In this document: positions 41,501 to 52,153 of the stretch, in pieces | How the letters are laid out: every line of letters begins with the position of its first letter | Numbering within the stretch: position 1 is the first letter of the stretch | NCBI GenBank assembly: GCA_043228905.1 | Contig: JBHGNT010000002.1 | Location: forward strand, 434,001-498,000 | Direction: 5' to 3' | Origin: Azolla caroliniana | Lineage: Eukaryota > Plantae > Polypodiophyta | DNA length: 64,000 nucleotides | Made by a program: the position numbers and the translations under genes | Notes under the pieces: generated by a model | What the model saw: the letters and a program-made list of their open reading frames with translations, nothing else | What the model was told of the DNA's origin: nothing | Databases searched by the model: none

Positions 41501-41835
41501 AGAGAAGTCTACAGTCCCCGTTGATCAAAATCGGGTACAAATATATAGAATTTCTACAAAATTCCTATAAATGTGCAGCATTTACTGCATAGAAAGGCTC
41601 ACTTACTGATGCAGCTGAACTCTTTGAGCTTGTCAGAATCATTGATGCTGCATCTACAAAACAATGATGCTTTCTCTTTTTCACTACGTCTCAAGTTGAG
41701 AGATGTATGGCTTCCCTGAAAAATGGGGGGGAAGAAGAAGCCATGAAATATTTTGAAGCTTGGAATTAGTCTTCGTGAAATTTGAGAGGGAAGAGAAGCA
41801 AGTGAGGGGAGGGGGAGGTGATGATGATGAGTCAT
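38560..41835 (-). CDS. PLS-class PPR protein with E1/E2 end and no DYW; two exons, the first encoding a probable organellar transit peptide
   Basis: About 7 P-L-S triplets of ~102 aa (LVDMYSKCGALEKAQEVF/VSWNA/VTYxCxLKAC), then LLSACSHAG, LEHYTCMIDLFGRAG and YVFMENIYAAAG. Exon 1 (41835-41607, Ser/Leu/Arg-rich) has a phase-1 GTAAGT donor that matches a phase-1 acceptor (tgtag|GG TTT CAG) at 41105. Confidence 0.9.
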
Positions 41836-42294
41836 GGCTGACTGACGTACCTACCATAATAGGGTCGAGAAACAGAGAGGGATTCATTCCAGAAGACTGC
41901 GGCTACGCCAGGAGACATAAAGCTTCATTTTCATTCACACTGAGAAAAATGAATGAATGAATGAATGTAGAGGAAGGAAGGGGATGGTTGTTGGTTGGCT
42001 CATATCAATCAATATGAGAGAACAGGGCAGGACAACTGCCTAACTATTTCTTGGGTGTGCCTCTAGGCTCTATCTAGATTCTATCTACATACATACATAT
42101 CTGTACATATGTATAAGTATGTATGTATGTATGTATAATGTATACATCGACGTGTCTATTATGACACAAATCATAAAGAGGCCTGGTGAGGGAATCGCGG
42201 CCACAGACGGTGCAGGTCGCTCAGAGAAGGCGCGTGTGATCTGCACCGTCCGATTTGGATGAGGAAGAAGGCGCCAAAAAAAAAGTTGCGCAGG

Positions 42295-42678
42295 CGGTCG
42301 CCCAACCCTGTCAGAGGTCTCCCAACCATTTTTTTTTAAAATTTTTGGTTGATTTGGTCACCCAACCAACTCAAAAAAAAAAGCAGGTCACCCAACTGTT
42401 TATTTTTAAATAGGTTGGGTGACCTGTTTAACCAGGTTGGGAGACTCCTTTAGAGTTTATATTGAGTTGGTCACCCAACCAACTCAATAAAAGAAGCAGG
42501 TCACCCAACTGTTGATTTTTAAAACAGTTGGGCGACCTGTTTATCCAGGTTGGGAGACTCCTTTAGAGTTTATATTGAGTTGGTCACCCAACCAACTCAA
42601 TAAAAGAAGCAGGTCACCCAACTGTTGATTTTTAAAACAGTTGGGAGACCTGTTTATCTAGGTTGGGAGACTCCTTTA
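42295..42678. repeat. Left subterminal array of GGTC(A/G/T)CCCAAC motifs in both orientations, in ~113-bp tandem units
   Basis: More than 10 copies of ggtcacccaac or gttgggtgacc; three ~113-bp units. Confidence 0.9.
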
Positions 42679-42917
42679 GGGATGTCTATAAAAGCCCTAA
42701 ACCTGTCATAATCTGTCATTTTTTCAAACGAGATTGACAGGTTGGGTTTGCCGGGAAAGAGGTGGGAGCTCCTCCATCACAAATCGTCTGTGGCTGCACA
42801 AATCGATCTCCTCCATCACAAATCGATCTCCTCCATCACTATTCCCAGGTATGCTCCTTGTTATTATATCTTCCACAATGTTATATTCATCGCTTCTTAA
42901 TAATAATGAAAACAAGC

Positions 42918-43198
42918 AAGATTGTATGGACCATATTGATGCATAGACATGTTTAAGCTTTAGGGTTTAGAGTCACTATAGACAAGAAGATTGTATGGAC
43001 CATATTGATGCATAGACATGTTTAAGCTTTAGGGTTTAGAGTCACTATAGACAAGAAGATTGTATGGACCATATTGATGCATAGACATGTTTAAGCTTTA
43101 GGGTTTAGAGTCACTATAGACAAGAAGATTGTATGGACCATATTGATGCATAGACATGTTTAAGCTTTAGGGTTTAGAGTCACTATAGACAAGAAGAT
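42918..43198. repeat. 69-bp tandem repeat x4 containing TTTAGGGTTTAG
   Basis: 'ttgtatggaccatattgatgc' recurs at 42922, 42991, 43060 and 43129. Confidence 0.95.
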
Positions 43199-43689
43199 AA
43201 GCGAACCATAAGTGAAGTATAATAGGATCTAATAGGCAAGGCTTTGTTGATTTCCAGCCACTCTAATCCCAACCAGTATCTTGAAGGCATAATCTAGAAG
43301 AGGATGTAACCACTCTTATCCACACTATAGGTGAGGCCTATCAAACTTATTATGATCTTGCGTTCACTAGATTTGCTTGCTTAAACTTGATTTAATCACC
43401 TATATTTTGATTGTTGGTTTTAATGATTTGCTTGCTTAAACTTGATATTTTGTGTGTTTGAGTACTAAAATCAAAAAATGTTTGATTACTTGAATGGTGG
43501 TAGATGACTTCCAACTCCAAGTACAAAGATTGGTGGGATTTCGATAACAGTGATATATATCCAACTCAAGAGAGGTATGTCACGAACCAATCTCCCCCAA
43601 GAATGGTTTAGGGTTTGATGCATGTATGTTGACTCGTGATTTGTTAAAGGGTCTTCGTTAGAAGACATTGGCGAAGTCGAGGAGCCGAC

Positions 43690-45505
43690 ATGTGTACGAG
43701 TGGGGACAAAATGGACCAAGATGCTCCTCCAAATGGTATGTGGATTTGGTGTCGTTGCAATATCTCAATCTTTATGCCAATCTTTATGTCAATCTTAAAT
43801 ATGTAACACAGGTGCAGAAGGAACAGTTGCTCCTCGTCCCGACTTGTTGTATAAGGTTGGAAGAGATGCAAATGGGAACAAGGCTCGTGCATGTATCTAC
43901 ACTGAGTTTTGCCGCCTCTCGCCAAGGTGGTATCGGAAAAAAAGTGACATGGAGTCACATTTACGCAGAGAACATGCAATAGACGTAGTCCTACCACGAG
44001 GGATGCGTATAGAGGAGGAGGAGGGTATTCTGGGGGCATGCTTTAACAGTTATGAGCGTCAAAGATCACTCAAAAGATTCATGGACCCGGAAATCAAGTA
44101 CTACAGAAATCGACAAAAATATATCCGAAAGTTGAAGGTTAGGGCTGTTTCGAAATACAACTCTATTCCTGCTGAACTCCGTCTTGACACACAGGCAGAG
44201 TTCGTGGCACGATTTATGGACAAAGAGATGACTATATACGACTCCAATAAGGATGAGCGTTTGGAGATGTTGACGAAGAAGATAGCAGCTGGTTTGGATT
44301 CTTATGTAAGTATGAGTGAGGATTTCATTTCAGATTGTTGGAGGGTTTATTGGCAAAATTCAGATAATAAGATGTGTCTTATTGTGGTGAAACAGTGTAA
44401 AAAGGCGGGGATATCCACCCAACCGCAGGGTGTGTCCATGGATGTGGATGAGAGTCAAAACCCATCTGAGGGTGGTGTGTCCACTCCACCGAGACGGAGA
44501 CGACCGAAAATGCCAATCCGACGGAAGGAGGTCGAGTCAAACACTGATGTTGTTTCCCTAACATCAGATTCAGATGACGCTGCATCGGATGTGGCCATAG
44601 TTCAAATTCAACATGGCAAGGGCATAAGGTTATGGATTCAAACCCCAAATAAACACTTTTCCAGGTAGGGTTTAAGTGAAATATAAACTAGTATCTTACT
44701 AATTGACATGGAGTGTGATTTACCTACTCAAAACTACATATTTCCATGCATTCAGGTACCAGCTAACTTGCCCACGTCTCGATATGGCCCTTGATGTTAC
44801 CGAGTCAGATCTTGAGACCATATGCAAGAGCCGTGAAATGGCATCGACATGGACTATGACCTTATTCACGTTGTGGATGGAATACTCATTGCCACTCGAG
44901 GTGACAGAACGCTTCACCATCGTCGACCCACTATGGGTGCAGCTACACCAGCAGGCAATGAAGGAGCAAGACATCCTTAAGAAAGTTGCGCAATGTGAGA
45001 TTACGTTCATTCCGAGCGTGCTTGATGGGCATTGGAACTTGTGGTTCACCATGCGACAACAAGCTTCTAAGCTAACTAGCAAAGTAGTCTTCTGCGATCC
45101 ATTGAACAGACTAGCAACAGACAACATGCGGAGAATGGTAGAGTTGGCAATTCGGACAATTTCATCTGAACCGTCAGACCACACCATTGTGCCCAATGGT
45201 CGACATCAGGTACTGCACATCCCAACACAGCCAAATTGTTGGGATTGTGGCTTTTATGTGATGAAGACTATCCAAATGTTGGTGAGGGAGTTCTTACAAG
45301 GATGGATATCTTCGACTTTTGTAAGTGTAATTGCAATTCCTTGTTCATGTGGATTGTGTATAGATGTGTTCTTATACATATTTGGTTACAAGGCACAGAG
45401 ATGTGGTTCACCAAACGCGAAGTGGATTCACTTCGGATTCATGTGGACGAGTGGGCACGATCGGTATTAGGATTTGCACCTGCGACCGGTGGCTCCATAT
45501 TGTAA
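43690..45505 (+). CDS. MULE accessory gene: N-terminal C2H2-like finger plus C-terminal Ulp1/SENP-like (C48) cysteine protease, 4 exons
   Basis: Exons 43690-43735, 43812-44628 and 44756-45320 join in frame across GT-AG introns of phase 1 and 2. The last exon (~45400-45505, WFTKREVDSLR) has an uncertain acceptor. Motifs: CIYTEFC-x12-HLRREH; FIP...GHWNL, FCDPL and QPNCWDCGFYV give an H-D-Q-C catalytic set. Confidence 0.8.
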
Positions 45506-45744
45506 ATTTTGGGAATGTTGTTTTCAGCACAGATTTGGCTATAGAGCTGATGTTGTAACTATATTTTGGAATCCCCAGAAATTTTGTATAGTGAGAATCG
45601 ACTCATTGTATATCGCGATTACTTATTAATGGAAATGTTGTTTACAACAATTATTTATCTCAATCTGAATGTATTTATCTCAATCTGAATATTGTGGATG
45701 ATCTGAATGTATGGTTTTAAACCAATCGCAAGTTGTGGTATTGT

Positions 45745-45968
45745 TATGGTCACCCAACCAGGTTAAAATTAATTATCTTCTGTTATGGTCACCCAACCAG
45801 GTTGCCCAAACCTTTTAAAATTAATTATCTTTTGTTATGGTCACCCAACCAGGTTGCCCAAACCTTTTAAAATTAATTATCTTTTGTTTTGGTCACCCAA
45901 CCAGGTTGCCCAAACCTTTTAAAATTAATTATCTTTTGTTTTGGTCACCCAACCAGGTCGCCCAACCT
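45745..45968. repeat. ~52-bp tandem repeat x4 carrying the GGTCACCCAACC motif, between the two MULE genes
   Basis: Repeated 'ggtcacccaaccaggttgcccaaaccttttaaaattaattatcttt'. Confidence 0.9.
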
Positions 45969-46139
45969 GTTATGTAAACGGCCAGAAAAACGGTCATCTT
46001 AACATGTAAATTAATCACATTCTCTGTCACTTTAAACCATTCTCTGTCATTTTAATCATAGCTCATTGCATCTCCAATATCTGTCTTATAATCACATTCT
46101 GCGTCTTAATCACATTCTTATTTTGCACAATCTCTAAAA

Positions 46140-46605
46140 GCTAATCAGGATTAGTTATATTCTTAATCAGTTATAATCAGATTAGTTAGATTCTTAATAA
46201 GATTAGTTAGATTCTTAATCAGATTAGGGGGATTCTTAATCAGATTAGTTAGATTCTTAATCATCTTAGTTAGATTCTTAATCAGTTATAATCAGATTTT
46301 GTAGATTCTTAATAAGATTAGTTAGATTCTTAATCAGATTAGGGGGATTCTTAATCAGATTAGTTAGATTCTTAATCATCTTAGTTAGATTCTTAATCAG
46401 TTATAATCAGATTTTGTAGATTCTTAATAAGATTAGTTAGATTCTTAATCAGATTAGGGGGATTCTTAATCACATTAGTTAGATTCTTAATAAGATTAGT
46501 TAGAGTCTTAATCATATTAGGGGGATTCTTAATCAATTATAATCAGATTAGTTAGATTCTTATAACCAGATTAGTTAGATTCTTAATCAGATTAGTTAGA
46601 TTCAT
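46140..46605. repeat. ~21-bp minisatellite (TTAATCAGATTAGTTAGATTC) with ~120-bp higher-order period, ending at the transposase ATG
   Basis: About 20 units; the variant unit 'gattagggggattc' recurs at roughly regular intervals. Confidence 0.9.
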
Positions 46606-46700
46606 TCGAGATGAATCCCAACGAAATAGATTTAATCACGTCCTTGTATGATTCTGAGGATGGTTATGCATCACCATACTCCGCAACCATCGACGATGAC

Positions 46701-46829
46701 TGTCAGGAACTCTATTAAGGCAGAGAAGGAGTTAGTACTAAAAGAAGGATTAGTACTATTGTTGGGGAATAGTACTAAGACAGAGAAGGATTAGTACTAT
46801 GAGAGGTGTCGAACTTTGAGAGAAGGAAT

Positions 46830-46865
<36 letters not shown>

Positions 46866-47155
46866 TGATGCGAAAGATATATGTATTATATGACGGAAGA
46901 TATACAACAGTAGTTAGAAGGCTTAAGACTGGCGTTGAACCGATTTGGTTCGAACTAATGCCTTGCGCCTCCTTTTATAGTGTCTTCAGGAATACTCCTG
47001 AAGTTTCTAGAATGTTCCAGAGAAATCTGGAATATACATCAATTTCCCAATAAAACCTAAATGAAAATAATATCCTTCAAATTACAATTCATATCCTAAT
47101 GGTAAAGTCTCGACCCGTGTAACAAAAGGTTATGGGTTCGAGTCTAGTTATGACA
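46701..47155 (-). repeat. 3' LTR (455 bp)
   Basis: No difference from the 5' LTR seen by eye, including the (GA)n length. Confidence 0.97.
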
Positions 47156-50100
47156 CTATCCCCCCTTTAAAACGACGAGTTTCACGAGTCGTTTTGGATT
47201 GAGGACCCGGTTTCTCGAGATATCGTCGATGGAAGTCTTCTAGAAGAGCACGAGCATTGGTCACATTCTCGATCGGTTCCCAAGTACGCTCGCTGGGACT
47301 ATATCCTAGCCAATCGACTAGATAGTAGAGCTTGTTGCGAACAATCTTGGAATCGAGGATGGCAGCGACCTCATACTCAGGTCCATCTTCGAGCTCGATA
47401 GGAGGTGGAGGTTGTATAGTACGTCCTGGGATAGTGCTCTCGTGATAGGGTTCGAGGAGAGAACTATGAAACACCGGGTGTATCCGAAGTTGCGGAGGTA
47501 GCTCGAGACGAAAAGCGACATCATTAATCTTCCCGATAATACGGAAAGGACCTAATCGCCGATAATCCAACTTCTCACATGGGCGAGTAGTCTTGATGTG
47601 TCGTCGTAGCAGCCACACCCGATCTCCAATGTTAAAACTGGATGGAAGTCGATGACGATCTGCGTAGTCCTTGTGTGATTGTTGAGCTTGCTGGAGTTGA
47701 GTAGATAAATCCGCTTGTATCTTGCGTAACCGCTCCAAACGATCCTCCGCGCAAGGATTTGTGGACACTTCTGGGGTTTCAAGGACACACCACCGGGGAT
47801 GATATCCCGTATAAGCGTAGAATGGCGTGACTTTAGTCGATGCGTGGGTAGCGTTATTATAGGCAAATTCGGCGAACTGAAGAATATCTGCCCAGTCATT
47901 CTGATGATAGTTGAGAAAGCACCGCAGATACTGCTCCAGTGTTTGATTTGTTCGTTCGGCTTGACCGTCGGTTTGTGGGTGGTAGCCGGAGGAGAGGTTA
48001 CAAGTGACCTTCAGCATTTTAAAAAGGTGCTTCCAGAATTTTGACACAAACTGGGGTCCACGATCGCTGATGATATTATCAGGGAGTCCATGATGCCGAC
48101 ATACTTCCCGCATGACAATTTCGGCGGTGTCTTCACTAGATATTTCTTTAGTACATGGTAAGAAATGAGCCATCTTCGTATATCGATCCACCACTGTGAG
48201 AATCGCACTGAATCCCTTAGAGACTGGAAGATCTGTAATGAAGTCAAGAGCAATGGATTGCCATGGCTTGCTTGGAATTGGTAATGGTTCTAATAAACCA
48301 TATGGATGATGTCTTGGCATTTTCGCTCTGCAGCATGTATCGCAAGTCCGAACAAAATCTTCGACAAATTGTCGCATACGGGGCCACCAGAATGATCGTT
48401 GTACTAAATCTAATGTTTTAGTACTACCAAAATGTCCTGCTGTATATGTGTCATGGCAGTTTTGTACTACTCGAAGGCGGCAAGAACCATTAGGAACATA
48501 CAAAAGTTCTTTAAAGAAGAGTAATCCATCACAGTATTTGAATTGCCGATAATCCGTACCTGGTGATTGTGATTGTGAACATGACGCTCGAGAGGGGTCA
48601 ATTTGTGCTAGTATAGCTTGGGCGAAAGCGTCAGTCTTCAAGTCCTCACGTATAGTATTGGTAATGTCGGAATCCACGGGCATGTCAAAGACCTGTGCTG
48701 CTTGCAGTCGTGCTGGACCCAAGATTACTTGCTTCTGGTTATCGAAAGCTGGCTCACCGGGACGTGGTGTTAGATACGAACGCCGTGATAATGCATCTGC
48801 CTTCCCTTGGTGCTTCCCCGGACGATATGTAATTTTGAAGTCGAAGCGTGTGAGGAAGTGGGCCCACCGAGCTTGACGTCGATTCAGTACACGAGCATCT
48901 TGAAAGTAGGCAAGGTTCTTGTGGTCACTGAATACAGTGACCTGATGAGGAGATCCCTCCAGGAAATGCCTCCATTGCATAAAAGAATCAACTATTGCTA
49001 ATAGCTCTTTATCATGAATTTCGTAGTTGATTTCGGCGGCGTCAAACTTACGGGAGTGGAAAGCCACAGGATGTAGCTTCTCGTCGTTACCCTGTTGTGA
49101 CAGAATGCTCCCCAATGCGAAATCCGATGCATCAGCTTCGATAATGAATGGTTTTTCCGGATCCACATGACCTAAAAGTGGAGCTGATGTAAACGCCTTC
49201 TTAAGACTCTCGAAAGCCATGTCCGTCTCTTTAGACCAAAGGAATGATTGTCCCTTCCTGGTGAGCTGTGTGAGAGGCAGCACAATTTTTGAGTAATTTT
49301 GTATGAACTTCCGGTAGAAATTTGCAAAGCCTAGGAAGCATTGCACATCCCGCACCGAACGCGGAGTGTGCCATTCTATCACCGTTTTGACCTTGGCTGG
49401 GTCCATAGATATGCCTTCTGAGGAGATGACATAGCCGAGAAACTCCACTTGGTTGCACCCGAAACTACATTTCTCTAACTTTGCATACAGACCATGTTCT
49501 CGAAGTCGTTTTAGTACTAATAGTACATGAGAATCATGTTCTTCTTGGGTCTTTGAATAAACCAGTAGATCATCCAAATAGATGATCAAAAAATCATCCA
49601 AGAGATCTCGAAATATATCATTCGCCATGTGCTGGAAGACTGCCGGCGCATTAGTGAGTCCAAACGGCATGACCGTATACTCGAAGTGCCCATATCTGGT
49701 GCGAAACGCGGTCTTCCATTCATCTCCTGGTCGGATCCGTACGAGGTTATAGGCTCCTCGTAAGTCTATCTTCGTGAAGAACCTGGCACCGTTGATCCGT
49801 TCTAAAAGACTTGAGATAAGGGGAAGAGCATACCTATTTCTTACTGTGACCTTATTCAAGCCACGGTAATCTACAACGAGTCGAAGCGAGCCATCTTTTT
49901 TCTTGACGAAGAAAATGGGTGCGCCGGCTGGAGATTTCGAATGCCGAATGAAACCGTTCTCCAAATTCTCCTCTATATAGGCTCGAAGGACTTCTAGCTC
50001 GGTTGGTGACAAATTGTAGATCGGCCCCCATGGCGGCTCTTTTCCCGGTTGTAAGTCAATGGCGCAGTCGTACGGCCGATGATGAGGAAGTGTGTTGGCT

Positions 50101-50759
50101 TGTACTTTATCGAAGACATCAGCATACTGACGATACTTCTCGGGAAGTTGAACGGTGGACTCCTCTTTGGTGGTGCTGGAGGGTTGTACTGATATTGCAA
50201 AGAGAAACATTTCCTCCTTGCGCCCTTCCTCACGCAACTGACGTAGCGAAATGGTTGCAACCTTCTGGGTAGATCCTTGGGTTTGTCGCAACCGGATTTC
50301 CCTTGTCCTCCAATCTATGTCTGGGTCATGTAACTCGAACCATGGTAATCCTAAAACTATGGGATGTTCTGGAATACTAATAATATTAAATGATACTACA
50401 CATGTTAAGTTATCTAGGACAATATTAACGGGTTCCGACTCTTCTATGATATTACCAGAAGCAATGGGACGACCATCAATGACTACTACTGAGGCTGGAC
50501 ATGGGAGCTTTCTGAGAGATATCTGATGAGCTCGGGCAAAATTCCTATCCATGAAGCAAGAATTAGCTCCGGAATCTAGAAGGGCTAAGGTATGTACTGG
50601 AGGGGTACTTTTAGTACTAACTGCTACTTGGGCTACGAACACATCACTAACTTGCTTAGAGGGAATGGAACCACTAATGGGCTGCACAGATCTAGGGCTG
50701 TCCAACCAAACGGCTCCTATTTTGGCTGGACTTAGTCGTTTAACTCTTCTTCTAATTGG
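47148..50759 (-). CDS. pol: Gypsy Pol: protease-RT-RNase H-integrase-chromodomain
   Basis: Motifs LLDSGA, YLDD, EADASD, DHKNL, ADALSR, HHCC zinc finger, DFI/SDRG/GQAE, GPF and chromodomain EYEVAAILD...YYLVDWLGY...TWEP. The frame is open from 50759 with no ATG start. Confidence 0.97.
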   Translation of the reverse strand, partial: PIRRRVKRLSPAKIGAVWLDSPRSVQPISGSIPSKQVSDVFVAQVAVSTKSTPPVHTLALLDSGANSCFMDRNFARAHQISLRKLPCPASVVVIDGRPIASGNIIEESEPVNIVLDNLTCVVSFNIISIPEHPIVLGLPWFELHDPDIDWRTREIRLRQTQGSTQKVATISLRQLREEGRKEEMFLFAISVQPSSTTKEESTVQLPEKYRQYADVFDKVQANTLPHHRPYDCAIDLQPGKEPPWGPIYNLSPTELEVLRAYIEENLENGFIRHSKSPAGAPIFFVKKKDGSLRLVVDYRGLNKVTVRNRYALPLISSLLERINGARFFTKIDLRGAYNLVRIRPGDEWKTAFRTRYGHFEYTVMPFGLTNAPAVFQHMANDIFRDLLDDFLIIYLDDLLVYSKTQEEHDSHVLLVLKRLREHGLYAKLEKCSFGCNQVEFLGYVISSEGISMDPAKVKTVIEWHTPRSVRDVQCFLGFANFYRKFIQNYSKIVLPLTQLTRKGQSFLWSKETDMAFESLKKAFTSAPLLGHVDPEKPFIIEADASDFALGSILSQQGNDEKLHPVAFHSRKFDAAEINYEIHDKELLAIVDSFMQWRHFLEGSPHQVTVFSDHKNLAYFQDARVLNRRQARWAHFLTRFDFKITYRPGKHQGKADALSRRSYLTPRPGEPAFDNQKQVILGPARLQAAQVFDMPVDSDITNTIREDLKTDAFAQAILAQIDPSRASCSQSQSPGTDYRQFKYCDGLLFFKELLYVPNGSCRLRVVQNCHDTYTAGHFGSTKTLDLVQRSFWWPRMRQFVEDFVRTCDTCCRAKMPRHHPYGLLEPLPIPSKPWQSIALDFITDLPVSKGFSAILTVVDRYTKMAHFLPCTKEISSEDTAEIVMREVCRHHGLPDNIISDRGPQFVSKFWKHLFKMLKVTCNLSSGYHPQTDGQAERTNQTLEQYLRCFLNYHQNDWADILQFAEFAYNNATHASTKVTPFYAYTGYHPRWCVLETPEVSTNPCAEDRLERLRKIQADLSTQLQQAQQSHKDYADRHRLPSSFNIGDRVWLLRRHIKTTRPCEKLDYRRLGPFRIIGKINDVAFRLELPPQLRIHPVFHSSLLEPYHESTIPGRTIQPPPPIELEDGPEYEVAAILDSKIVRNKLYYLVDWLGYSPSERTWEPIENVTNARALLEDFHRRYLEKPGPQSKTTRETRRFKGGIVS

Positions 50760-51901
50760 CTAAGGACATCAAATTTGTTTGCGAGATTCGGACTATTAGT
50801 ACTATTAGGACTATTATGACTATGAGGATTATCAGAGATTCCTACTGAAATAGACTCGGGTTTAGTATAGTCAGAACTAACAATGACTTGGTTTACCTGC
50901 CTTCTTGGTCTATGGGGACAGTTTATCGCGATATGCCCTGGTCCACCGCAATAAAGGCATAATCGGTTTGTTCGGCGTCGTTGCTTTTCCTCCTCCGATA
51001 GCGGCCCACGACGACGTGTAGTGTCAATTTCCATTGGAGTTGGAGTACTTACTGGAGGCGCATTATGTGACTCCCTTTGAAAAGGTTTCGCTACCACTGA
51101 GGCATAGGTAGGTTCGGATCTTGCCCTCGGCATCTGAAATTGTCGTTCCGAACGTCGCTCGAAGAGGCGGTTGTCACATCTGACCGCTCGACTGATTGCT
51201 TCTGTTAATGATTTTGGCTCTTCAGGGAAAGTCAAGAGTAAATCCTTGACATCGTTGCGTAGACCATAGCGGAACTGCTCCATCAATGCTTGATCATCCC
51301 AGGGGATATCGGCGGCGAGTAGGCGGAAATCTGCAGCATATGCGGAGGCTGGACGGTCACCTTGGCGTAATCGCCGGATTTTGTTGATTGCAGTCCTTAT
51401 GCTGTCAGTATCTCCAAAACATGCTTTAAACTCACTTATGAATTCTTCAAAATTATTTAGTACTGGAGATTCCTTTTCTAGTAGCGGAGCGAACCATGCT
51501 AATGCTGAGCCATTTAACAACGTGCCTACTAAACCCACTCGTGATGCATCGGTGGGATATCGGGACGGATGCATTTGAATAACTAACCGTACCTGGTTAA
51601 GAAACCCTCTAAACTGCGATCGCGTTCCATCGAACTTCGTGGGAAGGCCAATCTTGGGTTCTTTATGAATCCCTTGTGCTCCGTGCCCTTGTTGTTGCAT
51701 TGCTACGATGGTTGCTTCGAGTTGTTGCACGCGTAACGCAAGTTCCCCATGTTGTTGTTGCGTTTGCTGCTTTTCTAAGGAAATTTGCTGAAGATCCCCC
51801 AACAAGCGTTGATTTTCTTGTTCCAAAGCATGAAACTTCTCTTTCAAGCATTGAAATTCCGAGAAAACGGATGGATACTCTTCAGCGCTAACGGTGGCCA
51901 T
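50732..51901 (-). CDS. gag: Gypsy Gag with coiled coil, capsid and CCHC knuckle
   Basis: Motifs PTKFDGTRSQFRGFL, LRQG...YAADF, PTPMEID and CLYCGGPGHIAINC. Confidence 0.96.
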   Translation of the reverse strand: MATVSAEEYPSVFSEFQCLKEKFHALEQENQRLLGDLQQISLEKQQTQQQHGELALRVQQLEATIVAMQQQGHGAQGIHKEPKIGLPTKFDGTRSQFRGFLNQVRLVIQMHPSRYPTDASRVGLVGTLLNGSALAWFAPLLEKESPVLNNFEEFISEFKACFGDTDSIRTAINKIRRLRQGDRPASAYAADFRLLAADIPWDDQALMEQFRYGLRNDVKDLLLTFPEEPKSLTEAISRAVRCDNRLFERRSERQFQMPRARSEPTYASVVAKPFQRESHNAPPVSTPTPMEIDTTRRRGPLSEEEKQRRRTNRLCLYCGGPGHIAINCPHRPRRQVNQVIVSSDYTKPESISVGISDNPHSHNSPNSTNSPNLANKFDVLSQLEEELND

Positions 51902-51988
51902 GGGATGAAGGAAAAGGGAAATAAGAGACTAGTAGGAAAGGAGGGAGACAGAAGGAAGAGGGAGACTAGTAGAGAAATCGGTTCAAAC

Positions 51989-52117
51989 TGTCAGGAACTC
52001 TATTAAGGCAGAGAAGGAGTTAGTACTAAAAGAAGGATTAGTACTATTGTTGGGGAATAGTACTAAGACAGAGAAGGATTAGTACTATGAGAGGTGTCGA
52101 ACTTTGAGAGAAGGAAT

Positions 52118-52153
<36 letters not shown>

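Noticed and set aside
42918-43198. Regular repeats here and at 45745-46605 as a CRISPR-like array
   Set aside because: Units are contiguous with no unique spacers; there are no cas genes and the context is a eukaryotic transposon.
46832-47053. Identical 73-aa ORFs at 46832 and 52120
   Set aside because: Antisense artefacts of the two LTRs, starting in the (GA)n tract.
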